Assembly: GCA_900128585.1 (NCBI GenBank)
Contig: LT642206.1
Location: forward strand, 1-34,057
Reading direction: 5' to 3'
Length of the DNA stretch: 34,057 bases
From: Stramenopiles sp. TOSAG23-3
Lineage: Eukaryota
The notes beneath the pieces were generated by a model. The model was not told the origin of the DNA and ran no database searches. It saw only the letters and a program-made list of their open reading frames with translations. Position 1 is the first letter of the stretch; every line of letters starts with the position of its first letter. Shown here piece by piece: positions 1 to 11,100 of this stretch. The translations under genes were made by a program, and so were the position numbers.

Positions 1-117
1 GAAAAGAAAGAAAAGAAAGAAAAGAAAGAAAAGAAAGAAAAGAAAGAAAAGAAAGAAAAGAAAGAAAAGAAAGAAAGAAAAGAAAGAAAGAAAAGAAAGA
101 AAAGAAAAAGAAAGAAA
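1..117. repeat. Polypurine satellite, mainly (GAAAAGAAA)n
   Basis: Directly visible 9-bp period that decays towards position 117; runs off the window start. Confidence 0.95.
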
Positions 118-289
118 CCTTCCAATACTTCTTCTATATAATAATTAAATAATCTTTCCTTTCCTTCCTATTCCATTCTACTTCTATAATTAAATAATTA
201 AATTTATATGGAAAGAATAAGACGAAGGAACGAATGAAGTTTAATATTTTACATAGTATCCATTATAAGCCATTATATTTAAACTACGA

Positions 290-320
290 TTTGGTTTTGG
301 TTTTGGTTTTGGTTTTGGTT
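290..320. repeat. (TTTTGG)n microsatellite, about 5 units
   Basis: tttggttttggttttggttttggttttggtt seen directly. Confidence 0.9.
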
Positions 321-962
321 CTTTCTCTTAGCTTTTACACAAAGAAAGAAGAGAAGGACTGAAACGCTTCTTCAAGATTTGAAAAGGAATTTCTATTTTA
401 TATAGGATATATATTACATATAAGTACATTAAATTTGTAGTATTGTATTAGTTCCGATTCCATTTTAACGTTGTTACTCGAATCTCAAGTGCGAACGAGG
501 TTTCCATACTGTGTTTATGTTAATAATGAATTGCCGTTAGGTTTGCTTTTCCATGGATTAGGTAGAATATATTTTCCTATTTAATATTATTATTCTAATG
601 TAAACATATAAGTATAAAGTATTTCAATTATCTCTTTATTTCTATGCTAATCATTTATATCGACGTTCGACGTTACATTAACATGGCACAACATACACTA
701 CTATACGTTAGAGAAGAAGAAGAATGATCCTTCAATTTATCTATTCTTATTCTACGGAACAAGCAAGGAAGAGGCACTCTAAACGAATGATGTAGAGTTT
801 TAAATATTAAAAGAAACCAGAGCGAAGACACGAATTGACCTAATTTGTTCCACCCCATACATATATTTATGCAGGTTTTGGAGAAAGAAGATAAAAAGAA
901 GGAATTCAATTGAAATACAACAACTTACTCCCCGACCCACCCCCCCCCTCCATTGACCGACC

Positions 963-2389
963 ATGCCAGGGAAACCAAAAGCAAAGACCGGCGACTATAT
1001 TATCAAGAAACGTCGCGAGGTAGAGAACCGTCGAGATGCGCTACGTGCCGATGTTCAGGAACGAATCGTAATCGGTGGGATCGCCGATTGGGAAACGAAG
1101 ACCGCCAAGCGGATTGAGACCAACCGCGCCGTCACGTACTTCAACAAGATGAAAGCAGAAGCGGAGGAAAAGCTGGGCGAGCGCCGACGGCGCCTGGCCG
1201 CCAAGCTGAGCCGAGAGCAGTCACAGTATGAGGTCGAAGTTGAAAATAGTTTTGAAACGTCCGAGCAGCGCGCGGCCCGTCTGGCCGAACGCGCGCTGCA
1301 GCTCAAAGCGGACCGGGACAAACGGATGGATAAGGCGCGCGAAGAGGCGCGGGCCCGCCAATTCAGGGACTCGTGCGACGAGCTGCGCGGGAAGGACAAG
1401 CAGATCGTAGCCGAACTTATCAACGAGTACCGTATGCAGCAGATCAAGATGAAAGAGGAGAAGCGGGAGAAAGAGCACGCGGATTCCATGTCGTTTGCTA
1501 AGAGTGCCAAGATGGAGAACATTCGCAAGAAGGAACGCGAGGACAGTGAGTTGGCCCAACGGGCCGCCAAGAACCAAGAAATCAAGTCCATTTTGGACCA
1601 GCAAGTCGCAGAGAAAAAGATGGTCGAAGACTGGCACACGAAGAAGGAGGCGACGCGCGCCTCGGCGGACATCTCTAGGTGGCAGAAAGAGAACGAAATG
1701 CGTTCGAAGCGTACCAGAAGATGGCCGAGGACAACAGGATTATAGAAGAGAAGAAGAAGAGTTGGGGCGACGACGACAAGAAGCACACGAAATGGCTGCT
1801 CGAGGAGGCGCTCCGAAAGGAGAGGGAAACCATGGAGTACGAGAGGTCCGTCAAGGAACGCATGCGCAGGGAAGCGATGGAGTACCAAAAGCAGCTGGAG
1901 ATTCAGATGGTCAAGGAGATGGAAGATAACACCGGCCTGGACGCCATTCGAAGGGCGGACACGGAGAAAGCGTGGAAGAAGCGCGAGGACCAGTGGGCCC
2001 GCGAAGCCGCGGCGCGCGCAGCGCTCTTAAAGGAAGTCAACGATACCCGCGACTTGCAAATCGCAGAAAAGGCGGCGCTGAAAGATATCGCGGACGCCGA
2101 GAGCTTCAAGTGGGCGGCCGTCGCAAGGAAGAAGTACGACGAGGACTACGGCAAGGAGAAAGACAGGGAGAGGTGGCACAGGGACCGCAGGTCCAAGGCG
2201 CAAGACCAACTGTTGCAGCAAATCCAGGCGAACCAAACGCGAAGGGACAAGGAGCGCCAAAGGGTTTTTTTCGAAGATCGGGCGCGTAAGCAACAGGAGG
2301 CAGTTTTCAATGCCCAGCTTTTATCCATGCGCACGACGGACTACAAACCAAAGGATTTTCGCAAAAAGTCTGCTGGGTGGTTTAATTAA
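963..2389 (+). CDS. CFAP53: Cilia- and flagella-associated protein 53 (CCDC11/trichoplein-like coiled coil), split by a -1 frameshift near 1696-1698; about 475 aa if joined
   Basis: ORF 963-1745 has CFAP53-type motifs (ERRRRLAAKLSREQSQYEVE, RQFRDSCDELR). The overlapping ORF 1679-2389 has the C-terminal motifs (WKKREDQWAREAAARAALLKEV, terminal FRKKSAGWFN). One extra A joins them as WQKENENAFEAYQK. Confidence 0.85.
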
Positions 2390-2816
2390 TTGGACCTTTC
2401 GTTCGGCTGTCTTTTTGCCTTTTCAAATGTCACGCTATATTTTATTTACATAAACCGCAATGGAAAGAGAGAAGGGGTAAACTTACGCCCGAGACAGCTG
2501 AAAGGTGAAAGGCACATCGTAAAATTATGAGTATGGCAGCGAGCGAGAGTGTACACACAAAGCAAAATTACAAAAATTCTAAACGTACGGACGAAAATTT
2601 TGATTTTCTTAAAATAATGAATGTATTGTGTCTATTTTTAAAGCATACTTCGTACTATATCAATTTGTTTTTTTTCAATCTATGTTTTCAGAGTTGAAAG
2701 TGGTTTGTTTAGAAAGAGTCACAGTCTGAAAGTAAAGACTCTCCCCTCGCTTTTGTTTTTTTCCTTTTTATATATTGTACAATCCTACCGAAGCGCACGT
2801 TTCGGCATTATAGTCC

Positions 2817-3242
2817 CTACTCTTCGTAGCCAAACGCGCATTTGCGAAACCAGACATTCAAAAACCTTCGGCAAGTCGGTGTTGGCTCTGGTATGGGTTC
2901 GCCAACGGTATCGCCATAGCCGATTTGACCTGGGTCCAGCAATAATTTCCTACGGCCATTTGGTCGCTCTATCTTAATGTCGTGGGCTTCGCCTGAAGGG
3001 TACAGGGCATGCCTCTCCAACAAAACACTAGCAAGCTTTTCTGCCATACGAGAAGCCGTCACCTCATCGCGCTCATTGAAAACTTCACCGCCCACCGATC
3101 GAAACAGATCGTCTCCAAACCCACCAATATCTCGTACCAGCGATCGAACCAATGGACCATGGGGAGGACCATTCCCATTCACAAGCACTAAGAAGGTACT
3201 CAGCAAAGCACCAAACAAACGCAGGAAAAAGGAAAACAACAT
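2817..3242 (-). CDS. Small hypothetical, probably secreted protein (about 141 aa)
   Basis: First ATG of ORF 2817-3278 is at 3242 and gives a signal-peptide-like N-terminus (MLFSFFLRLFGALLSTFLVLVNG). It lies in a coding-like composition block between AT-rich flanks. No family recognised. Confidence 0.55.
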   Translation of the reverse strand: MLFSFFLRLFGALLSTFLVLVNGNGPPHGPLVRSLVRDIGGFGDDLFRSVGGEVFNERDEVTASRMAEKLASVLLERHALYPSGEAHDIKIERPNGRRKLLLDPGQIGYGDTVGEPIPEPTPTCRRFLNVWFRKCAFGYEE

Positions 3243-3476
3243 GATTCTCACAAAAAACAGCACCAAGGCCAACAACAATCAAACGAATCGAAACAAGTTT
3301 TACAGTTAGATACGCATTGATTTATACTTTAAAGAATACATATTTCAATTGTCTATCTTTTTGCTTATCATACTCTATATATTCGTATGTATATAAAAGA
3401 AGTAACATACATACATCATTCAATTAATTATAATAATAATAATAATCCATCATTCATCAATCAATCAATCAATCAT

Positions 3477-3523
3477 CCCGCCCGTACCCCGTGTGCCCCC
3501 CCGCCCCCCCCCCCCCCCCCCCT
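3477..3523. repeat. C-rich/poly-C tract (G-quadruplex-capable on the minus strand)
   Basis: Several C runs ending in a long poly-C run inside an otherwise AT-rich spacer. Confidence 0.8.
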
Positions 3524-3870
3524 CTTACCGACGTCCACGGCTCTCTCTCTCCTTCCCTGCTGTGTGCCTCCTCTCTCCATATAAATTAAAATTAAAAAAA
3601 AAGAAGCGATGTGGTGGTTGGTGGTGGTGAGTATTTTTTGGGATGTGGTGAGTAGAGTATTATGTATAAATAATAACGGATCTACACAGACATCAAATAT
3701 ATGATCCTTCTTGGTAAACTAATTATATAAACACAAATGCATTTTTTTTTGATAGGATTCTTAGGTATTGGTGATCTATTGAACGTAGTTTTTGGAATTA
3801 CAGGTTTCATTCTGTAATCGCCGATACTTTTATCTGGTTTACAGAAGAGTAGAACCGTGCGTACGCCAAT

Positions 3871-4680
3871 ATGTCCTTTCTGCGGAATTTGTTTAAGAGC
3901 AAGGAGCAGCGCCAGCGAGAGGCCGAGGAGGAAGAAGACGAAACGTTTGGTGACGATTTCTCGGAGGATGACAAGGAGGGAGACGGCGAGACGGAGACGT
4001 TTGATCATCTTTTTGGCCCTATCGAACTTGGTGGATCGGAGATGAGCGAGGGTTCAGATGATGAGACTGCGTACAGTGAAAGCCTGACGAGTTCCCAATT
4101 AATAAACGGCGACGAGGCCGAGGAGATCGAGGACGATGAAATTAGTGAAGTGAGTTACGATTCAGTATTTGAAGGCGGCGAGCCGAGCACGGTGTATGTG
4201 AAGAAATTTAAAGCATGGTTGGCCACCGCCCCGCCCCCACACCTTGTCCACAAGAAGAAGAAGAAAAAGAAAAAGGACCCGTTTGTCGCCAAGCGGGAAG
4301 ATGAGGTATTAGACCAAGGCGATATCGTAGACAAGAAATACGATTGGTTGTACAGAAAAAAGAAACGATTGTCAAAACGGAAAAATAAAAAAGAAACGGC
4401 GAACCAGTTACTCGATCGAATTGCTGCCAGGGCAGAACTAGAGAATGAGGAGAATCGAAAGGCGGAAGAGGAGGCCGCACTTGCACGCCGGCAGGCAAGC
4501 CTTGCTGCGTTGGGAATAAAGCTAGGCCCAGACGGCAAACCAATCGATGATTCCGATGAAAAAGACAAGCTGCCGGAAACGAACATTCTGCATGAAAAAG
4601 GAACGTGGCACAAGCAACAGTATGATGCGCGGATGAATGCATTGTTTAAAAGTATTTGCAAGCCAGAATTAAGGGCATGA
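3871..4680 (+). CDS. Hypothetical protein, acidic N-terminal half and Lys-rich (NLS-like) middle, 269 aa
   Basis: Clean ATG-TGA ORF with D/E-rich tracts, HKKKKKKKKD and a short coiled coil. No family recognised. Confidence 0.75.
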   Translation: MSFLRNLFKSKEQRQREAEEEEDETFGDDFSEDDKEGDGETETFDHLFGPIELGGSEMSEGSDDETAYSESLTSSQLINGDEAEEIEDDEISEVSYDSVFEGGEPSTVYVKKFKAWLATAPPPHLVHKKKKKKKKDPFVAKREDEVLDQGDIVDKKYDWLYRKKKRLSKRKNKKETANQLLDRIAARAELENEENRKAEEEAALARRQASLAALGIKLGPDGKPIDDSDEKDKLPETNILHEKGTWHKQQYDARMNALFKSICKPELRA

Positions 4681-4957
4681 GCCTAAAGAGGTTGGAAACA
4701 AAACCTAATGTTCAGTTTTTATCTACACGGGACTAAAAGAAAAATACATAATCCAACAACCCCCAAGTACTGCACGGCTTACCGAATCTTCACCATCGGA
4801 ATAGCACCCACAAACGCCGATTACGCACGCATGCATGATCCGAATCGTTAATCTAAAAAACAAATCAAATCCAGTTTTTATCCATAAATTATTTTTAGTA
4901 AAAATCTAAAATTGTAAAAACGTATTTATACGCGCACAGGTACGCGCGTATGTATAC

Positions 4958-5000
4958 CAAAAGTTCAAAAATGTTGTCTTTCAAAAGTTCAAAAATGTTG
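4958..5000. repeat. 19-bp perfect direct repeat x2 (CAAAAGTTCAAAAATGTTG)
   Basis: Copies at 4958-4976 and 4982-5000. Confidence 0.9.
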
Positions 5001-5084
5001 ACCAACCTTTTTTTCTTCTTCGACATCGTACCTTATAATTTGTAAAAATGAAAACTCTCACAATCATGCATCGTATCAATTTAG

Positions 5085-7112
5085 TCACAAAACTTCCTCC
5101 GTTTCTTCGGCAGTACATATTGCACTCAAAACCCCTGTTTCAAAGCAATCATCTTGCAGCAATTCCTCACGTTGGTACCACAATTTAGCATTGTTATCAT
5201 CGTGATGTATCATGTAATCTAAAATATCATCAAGCTTTGATTGTTTTAACCAAATGCTTGCGAACGATCTGCCTGGCGCACTCGCTTCGACAGACCAGAG
5301 ACCGTCTGCCTCGTGGGGGCGGTCGACCAAGATGACCACTCCAGTGCCAGTTGCTCTGTAGTTGAAACCGGCTTCATAAAATTTACAGTATTCAGAAACT
5401 ACACACTTTGCTTCTAAGGACAGAGAATGGATGGCTTTTGCATCCTCCAAGTGGTCTTTTCCTCGTAACTTTCGCGTTCCAAAAAAATTCCAGTCCCACC
5501 TTTCCATCTCAACGCAGATTTTGTTCACGACGGCACGATGGTTCGACAGCACAAGGACGGAATGACCTCGTTTCCGAGCCTTTTTGATCAAGTCCACAAC
5601 CACATTAACTTTACAAAAGGAATTGCATGCTTCCAATTTTAAAAGATATTTTGATTTTGTATTTCGATCCAAGCCTTCCGCCCACTTTCTTTTCAGCCTT
5701 GCCACGAAAGTTACGAATTCTTCTTTACTAATCGGGTCCGGCGCCGCATGGCGAAGGATACGCTGCCGCTGGGGTACCTCGCACGCCAGGGGGTCGTGCC
5801 TGTTCTTGTACAGAATGGTGTCGGGCGCTGCAGCAGCCAGTAAATCGCGAAAATGGGTCTGTTTGTTGTGGAATCGACCAGAACAAGTATTCGCCATTTT
5901 TGATAATATGTTACCAAGGAAACTTTCCACGTCCTTCTCCGAAGGGAGGCACTTCGAGTAAGGGTACGGAGTGAACTGCTCTCCGTCGGCCAAGTCCATG
6001 CCACCGCTCAGTGGAGAACGGATAGCATGCAAGTAAGGCATGATCGTCTGGGAGAGCTTACGGATTGGGTGTAGCATCGAATCTCCAAAGCCATATTTGG
6101 GGCAAATGTTTTGAGCATGAACTGGGGCGGCCGTAGAACCCACGAACATGTTGCAAGAAGGGCTCCCGCTCAGTTGAAAAAGGTTCGACAAGGCTTTCGG
6201 GCAAGTGACGAATTCGTGCATGTCCACTACAATGAGGGCAAAACGTTTGCGTCTCGAAAATGATTCGTGGGTTAAAGTCTGCATGAAATCTTTTGATACA
6301 AATAGGATTCTGTTTTCTTTTTCTTCCCAAAAATTTATACCAAATGAACGGGATTGGCGAAGAACATCTGTTTCTCGTTTGGCCGGTGCAACCAGAAAGA
6401 CTTGTTGCTTCAGTGCCCCGGAGATGCATTTTGCGGCAGCCAAACAGATTGCGAGTTTTCCCATGAAAATATCATGCGCTAAAATGACCCGCTTTTGCAC
6501 AAATATAGCGCCTAGGGCGTACTTTTGATACAGCCGAAGCTTAATTTCAAACGAATCGACTATTTCATCACAGAAATTGGGAAGAATCGGGCAACTGTCC
6601 CACATGGCTTGCACCAAGGAACCATTTTTTTCCTCTTCTCGAAGCTTCTTCTTCTCTAGTGCTCGCCTTTCGTTTTCAAGAATACTTTTTTCAAAACCCC
6701 GCTGTTTTGGAAGTGGGGACGCCTCTTGCAGCCCTTTAATATAACTTTCAATTGGACGACCGCTATCCCCTAGTTCTTTCTTCAAAAATTCGGTGTGGTT
6801 GGTTACGTTCTGAAGCGAAAACGATGCCACAGATTGTTCCTCGATAGGAGCTTGTTCAGAGCTCTCAGTGATGCTGGGTTGAGGGAGTGCCGATCTGCTG
6901 TCTCCTTTGCGGACCCACGCTTCGTTCGAAACATTTTTAAGCGGCGAATCTCGCTGACACGTTCGTTTTACTCTTTCTATACGATCTGGGCGGGGCGATC
7001 TAATGTACCCACTAATTTTACCCGGCCTGGTGAATGCGTTCAGTTTGGTTTGTTTCTTTGCGCGAGCTTGTTTTAAGAATGGGTTCGCGGCGGTGTGAGG
7101 TTCCGACGACAT
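5085..7112 (-). CDS. SNF2-family (SMARCAL1/ZRANB3-like) helicase-fold protein with degenerate ATPase motifs, 675 aa
   Basis: SF2/SNF2 motifs in the correct order: LRLYQ (Q motif), ILAHDIFMGKL (I), LVAPA (Ia), LIVVDMHE (II), GSTAAP (III), KVNVVVDLI..GHSVLVLSNHRAVV (IV), AGFNY..VVILVDRPH (V). Confidence 0.75.
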   Translation of the reverse strand: MSSEPHTAANPFLKQARAKKQTKLNAFTRPGKISGYIRSPRPDRIERVKRTCQRDSPLKNVSNEAWVRKGDSRSALPQPSITESSEQAPIEEQSVASFSLQNVTNHTEFLKKELGDSGRPIESYIKGLQEASPLPKQRGFEKSILENERRALEKKKLREEEKNGSLVQAMWDSCPILPNFCDEIVDSFEIKLRLYQKYALGAIFVQKRVILAHDIFMGKLAICLAAAKCISGALKQQVFLVAPAKRETDVLRQSRSFGINFWEEKENRILFVSKDFMQTLTHESFSRRKRFALIVVDMHEFVTCPKALSNLFQLSGSPSCNMFVGSTAAPVHAQNICPKYGFGDSMLHPIRKLSQTIMPYLHAIRSPLSGGMDLADGEQFTPYPYSKCLPSEKDVESFLGNILSKMANTCSGRFHNKQTHFRDLLAAAAPDTILYKNRHDPLACEVPQRQRILRHAAPDPISKEEFVTFVARLKRKWAEGLDRNTKSKYLLKLEACNSFCKVNVVVDLIKKARKRGHSVLVLSNHRAVVNKICVEMERWDWNFFGTRKLRGKDHLEDAKAIHSLSLEAKCVVSEYCKFYEAGFNYRATGTGVVILVDRPHEADGLWSVEASAPGRSFASIWLKQSKLDDILDYMIHHDDNNAKLWYQREELLQDDCFETGVLSAICTAEETEEVL

Positions 7113-8146
7113 GGTGGTGTGAAAAATCTGTGCTGTTGCCTAAAAATCAGCGAGAGGAGTGCGTTCCTACAAAAACACTACGTATGTTCAAAAAATAGTC
7201 GTGGTTATATGTCTTCCGTATCTCTTCCCTTTAGATGGAAGTTCATGTTTTTTAAAAGTTTTTCTTCTTTTACTTTTCACAAGAATAAAAAATATACCGA
7301 ACTGTAATAATGGAAAACATCGTCAACGTATTCATCTATAATAATAAATAAAAAAAAAAAACGAACTTCCTCCTGGTACTCACTTACAGGTACACACGAC
7401 CATTTATTATTCCAAAAAAAAAAACTTTTTACTACCACCACCAACAACAACAACAACAACATTCATCATCACCATTCCTTCATTCACAATTTGTTAGTTC
7501 GTAGGTGTATAGTCTTTTTTGTGAAAAAAATAAAAAATATTATCAATAAATACATGCGATAGCATCAAGAGGAATGTTGGAGTGGGTGAAATAAATAATA
7601 AAAAAGAAGATATTCTATTGCTGTATCATGTACGGTATTATATATAGCAATAGCATATGTGTATTGAAAAAAGAAGAAAGGGAAGAAANNNNNNNNNTTT
7701 TTTTTTTTTACTTCTTCCTTTGTATTTGTATGTTAGTTATTGTGTTGTTTGTCATTTCGCGGCTTTCTCTTCTTTTATAATAACAACTTAATTGTAAATC
7801 AGTAACGTTTAGTTTTTCTGGTTGATAATATGTAGTTATATGTTGTATTCTTTCAATCCATTATTACCTATATATTATTTACAAATTTATCGTTTTTCCG
7901 AGGCTGCTTTCTATATAGATTCGAAGAGTATTGGGTTAGGCTTGTCATAGCACTGCGTATCGTACTGCACCAAACCACAGCTCGAGTTGTTTCGAAAAGT
8001 GCTGCTCTTGCTTTTTTGTGTCGGTTGCTTACTTTTACTACCGTTTGTGCAAGTTCTCACGAGCGCTTGTGTGGGGAAAACTCATAACCACGGGTGAATG
8101 AAGGGACCAAAGCAATGCGATATTGTAACGGTTATCAGAAGCAAGT

Positions 8147-11100
8147 ATGTTAATTCGAAGAGAGCTGGCCAAACTTGGGGTGACGGAGCAAGAGGAAATA
8201 CCAAAATGGCGACTGGCTTACCCTCTGCACAGTAGGAATGGGCGTGTGGGGTTTAAATCATCAACGGGGAGGTCAATTTTTCCACGAACTCCAGCCTACA
8301 CGTTGGATGAATTTCGACGGGATGAGAAGTATCGCACTGCCCATGCCGTGCGCAAGAGAATGTATGGAAAAGCGGCGCCGCCTATGGATATTTACCACCA
8401 GCCGTTACGACGAACGAAAGGGCTCCCGGCTGCTGTGCGTGAGCTGAGGCCAGCTATAGAGAAAATCCGGCAAAAAATTGGAACCGTAAAACAACAGAGC
8501 GAAGACGAGCGGTACAAAAAACTTGGTTTTAGGCATGGGTTCAAGAGGAAAGAAAAAGAGAAGGCAAAAGAGGAGGGATTTTGGTTGCCTGAAGGGACCG
8601 CATTCTTCAAAGGCATGCGCGTTGAAGTAAATTGGAGGCAAAAGGGGCGGTGGTTTACGGGAAAAATCAGGAACATCAACCTAAATTATAAAAATGGTCA
8701 AGAAGCGACGACATTTGATGTACAGTATGAGTGGGGTGTTCCCACGGAGGAAGGGGTAACGTTTCAAAATATTAGACCTACATGCAAGCGGTTCGAATGG
8801 TTCAAGGGGCAAACGATCGTAGTAAACCATTTGGGAAAAGGTGTCTGGTTCACTGCGACGGTTGCTCATGTTCACAACGAAAAGTACAACGACGAGGGGA
8901 CAATTGACATAAGGTACGACTCTGGATTTCCGTCCTACGAGACAAGAATACCGTATGAGTATGTGAGGCACGTCGACTGGCATGTGGGCCAGCCCGTGCT
9001 GGGAAATTACAAGAATAATGGAAGGTGGTGCAAAGCCATTATCGAAAAATGCAGGGGGGACGTCACGTGGGGAAAGGGCACGGTCACGATACGATACACG
9101 GAGTGGGGGGACGATAGGCTGGAGAGCAACGTTGACCAGTCACGGTTGCGGCCGTGCATGGAAGATAACCCAAATTTGATGCCGGGTCCCGGGCAGCATA
9201 TGATTTCATTGGTGCTGAAGGCCCCTTCAATCGCAAGTAAGAGCCCCGGGCCAAATTCTTCCTCGGTCATGGACAGTTTAGCCAGTAGCGAGCACGATGG
9301 TATACCTTCGGACCTTGATGCGAAAGGGTGGTTTTGGAGGAGGAGCGGCCCCCAAAACAGCTACCGCGAAGAGAACAAGGAGGAAGGGGCAGGCGACAAG
9401 ACGAAGAGCCATTGGGTTCTCCCAAAAAAAACGGGCAAGTTCCAATTGAAAGTTAGATTGGCGGGCGAAACGGTACCAAAAATGTATTTGTCGTATGGTC
9501 TAAATGGGCATTTTATTCCAAAGCCGAAAAAAAAACTAAATCCATTCGAGAAAAAATTGGAAGAGCAGCGCGCAAATCTTCAGTTAAGACAAAAGAGGCT
9601 GGCGAGGGAAAAATTTGCAAACAGAGACTTTGGCCAGTCTTCTCCTGCGATGATAGCAATATCTGGGCCGGGCGCATTACCATTAAAAAGACGTGGCTCT
9701 GGTATGGAACGGATAACCCTTAAATTGCCCCACAAGTACCTTCAGGGGGTAGGAATGGACTTGCCAAGATTTGCAAGTAGCATCGATGCCATTAAATACG
9801 AGGCCAACTACGTTTACTTTTATTTGACAGTCAAACCGGGAAATTCAACACGTCTGCGTGTGCACGTTCAGAAAGGCACCAATGGCACAGGGACCGTAGT
9901 GACCTCTGCAACAAAAGACATTCGTAGCTTCCAGAATCTGTCAACAGAGAACAGAGGGCGAACGTCTAAATCTGTAGCACTCTCACAAAGCAGCAGTGCA
10001 ATGTCGCGGTTTGAACATTTTGACGCGCCATTTAGCAGCAGCACACTGTCCAGTGTTTCCAGCAGTAAACATCTACTGAATGCATGCAATTGTGCCCAAC
10101 GGGGCGAGCGGGAAAAAGTGTTGGCAACTTTGCTGCGACACCCTGCGTTAGTACACCAGCGCCAAGAGAAACAAGGCCGCACAATTTTGCAAGCAGCTGC
10201 GTATAGCGGCAATGTGGGGTTGGTGAGAGCCCTTCTTGCCCTGGGGGCAGACTCAAGCATCCAGGACGACTCTGGAAAGATGGCCACTGACATTGCTCGA
10301 GAACGAGCAGAATCGGAAGGCCTGCATAAACGATTGAAACGGCAATTGTACTACATCGGCGGTCTTTGCGATCCAAAGTCTATATTCCGAGCCTGCATCG
10401 AAGATGACATGCTACGAATCGGTGTCCTACTAGCAGAAGCGCCAACAAGTGTGCGGCAAGCGAACAATCACGGGATGACCGCCCTCCATTATGCTGTCAT
10501 GTATCGGCGCATAAATATCATTGAAAAGTTAACTGCCGTAGGAGCAGATTGGGGCTCGCCAAATATAATCGGGCAGACCCCTACGGATTTAATATGGGAC
10601 GTTGCACCGGCATCCTCGTTAAATCTCCGGACAATTGAAGCGGAACAAAGAGTTCATTTATGCCTCAAAGAAGAAGATCGAACACGGCGTGTAGCAGCGA
10701 ACGCTTTGCGAAAAATACGAGAGGCTGATGGTCCACACGACAAAGAGGTGGCGGAAAACCAGCTTCATGAGGCACAGGTAGCACACCAGGAGAGTATCTC
10801 TGCGACGGAAAAGGCCCGGATTCACGTGGATGTTTCAAAAGCACACCTTGGGGAAGATATTACTGCGGCTATCCATGAGATTATAGACGCCAGAGAACGT
10901 GGATTAAAGTTGCTTGTGCCGTATATCCCCCCAAAGAAGAAGGTGTTGCAGAAGCCTGTCAGAGCGCCTTGGACGCCTACTTCATCCCCGAAGCGTGCTG
11001 CGGAGCATTCTGTATATGCTTACGACGTGGACCAGAAGAAAAATTGGGAAAGCCGCGTGTCAAAAAAATCGGCTTTGTACGCATATGACACAGGAAGTAT

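Noticed and set aside
290-320. (TTTTGG)n as a telomere
   Set aside because: Only about 5 units, internal, and among many other microsatellites.
1055-1888. 277-aa antisense ORF over CFAP53, and similar antisense or alternate-frame ORFs over other genes (e.g. 4155-4661, 27545-28078, 30110-30658, 31242-31805)
   Set aside because: Shadow ORFs. The S/F/L-rich translations are what the reverse complement of E/K/R-rich coding sequence gives, and they show no domain features.
4678-4851. In-frame open stretch after the TGA of the 3871 gene (readthrough, selenocysteine or alternative code)
   Set aside because: A TAA follows two codons after the TGA. TAA, TAG and TGA all end well-defined genes elsewhere in the window, so the standard code fits.
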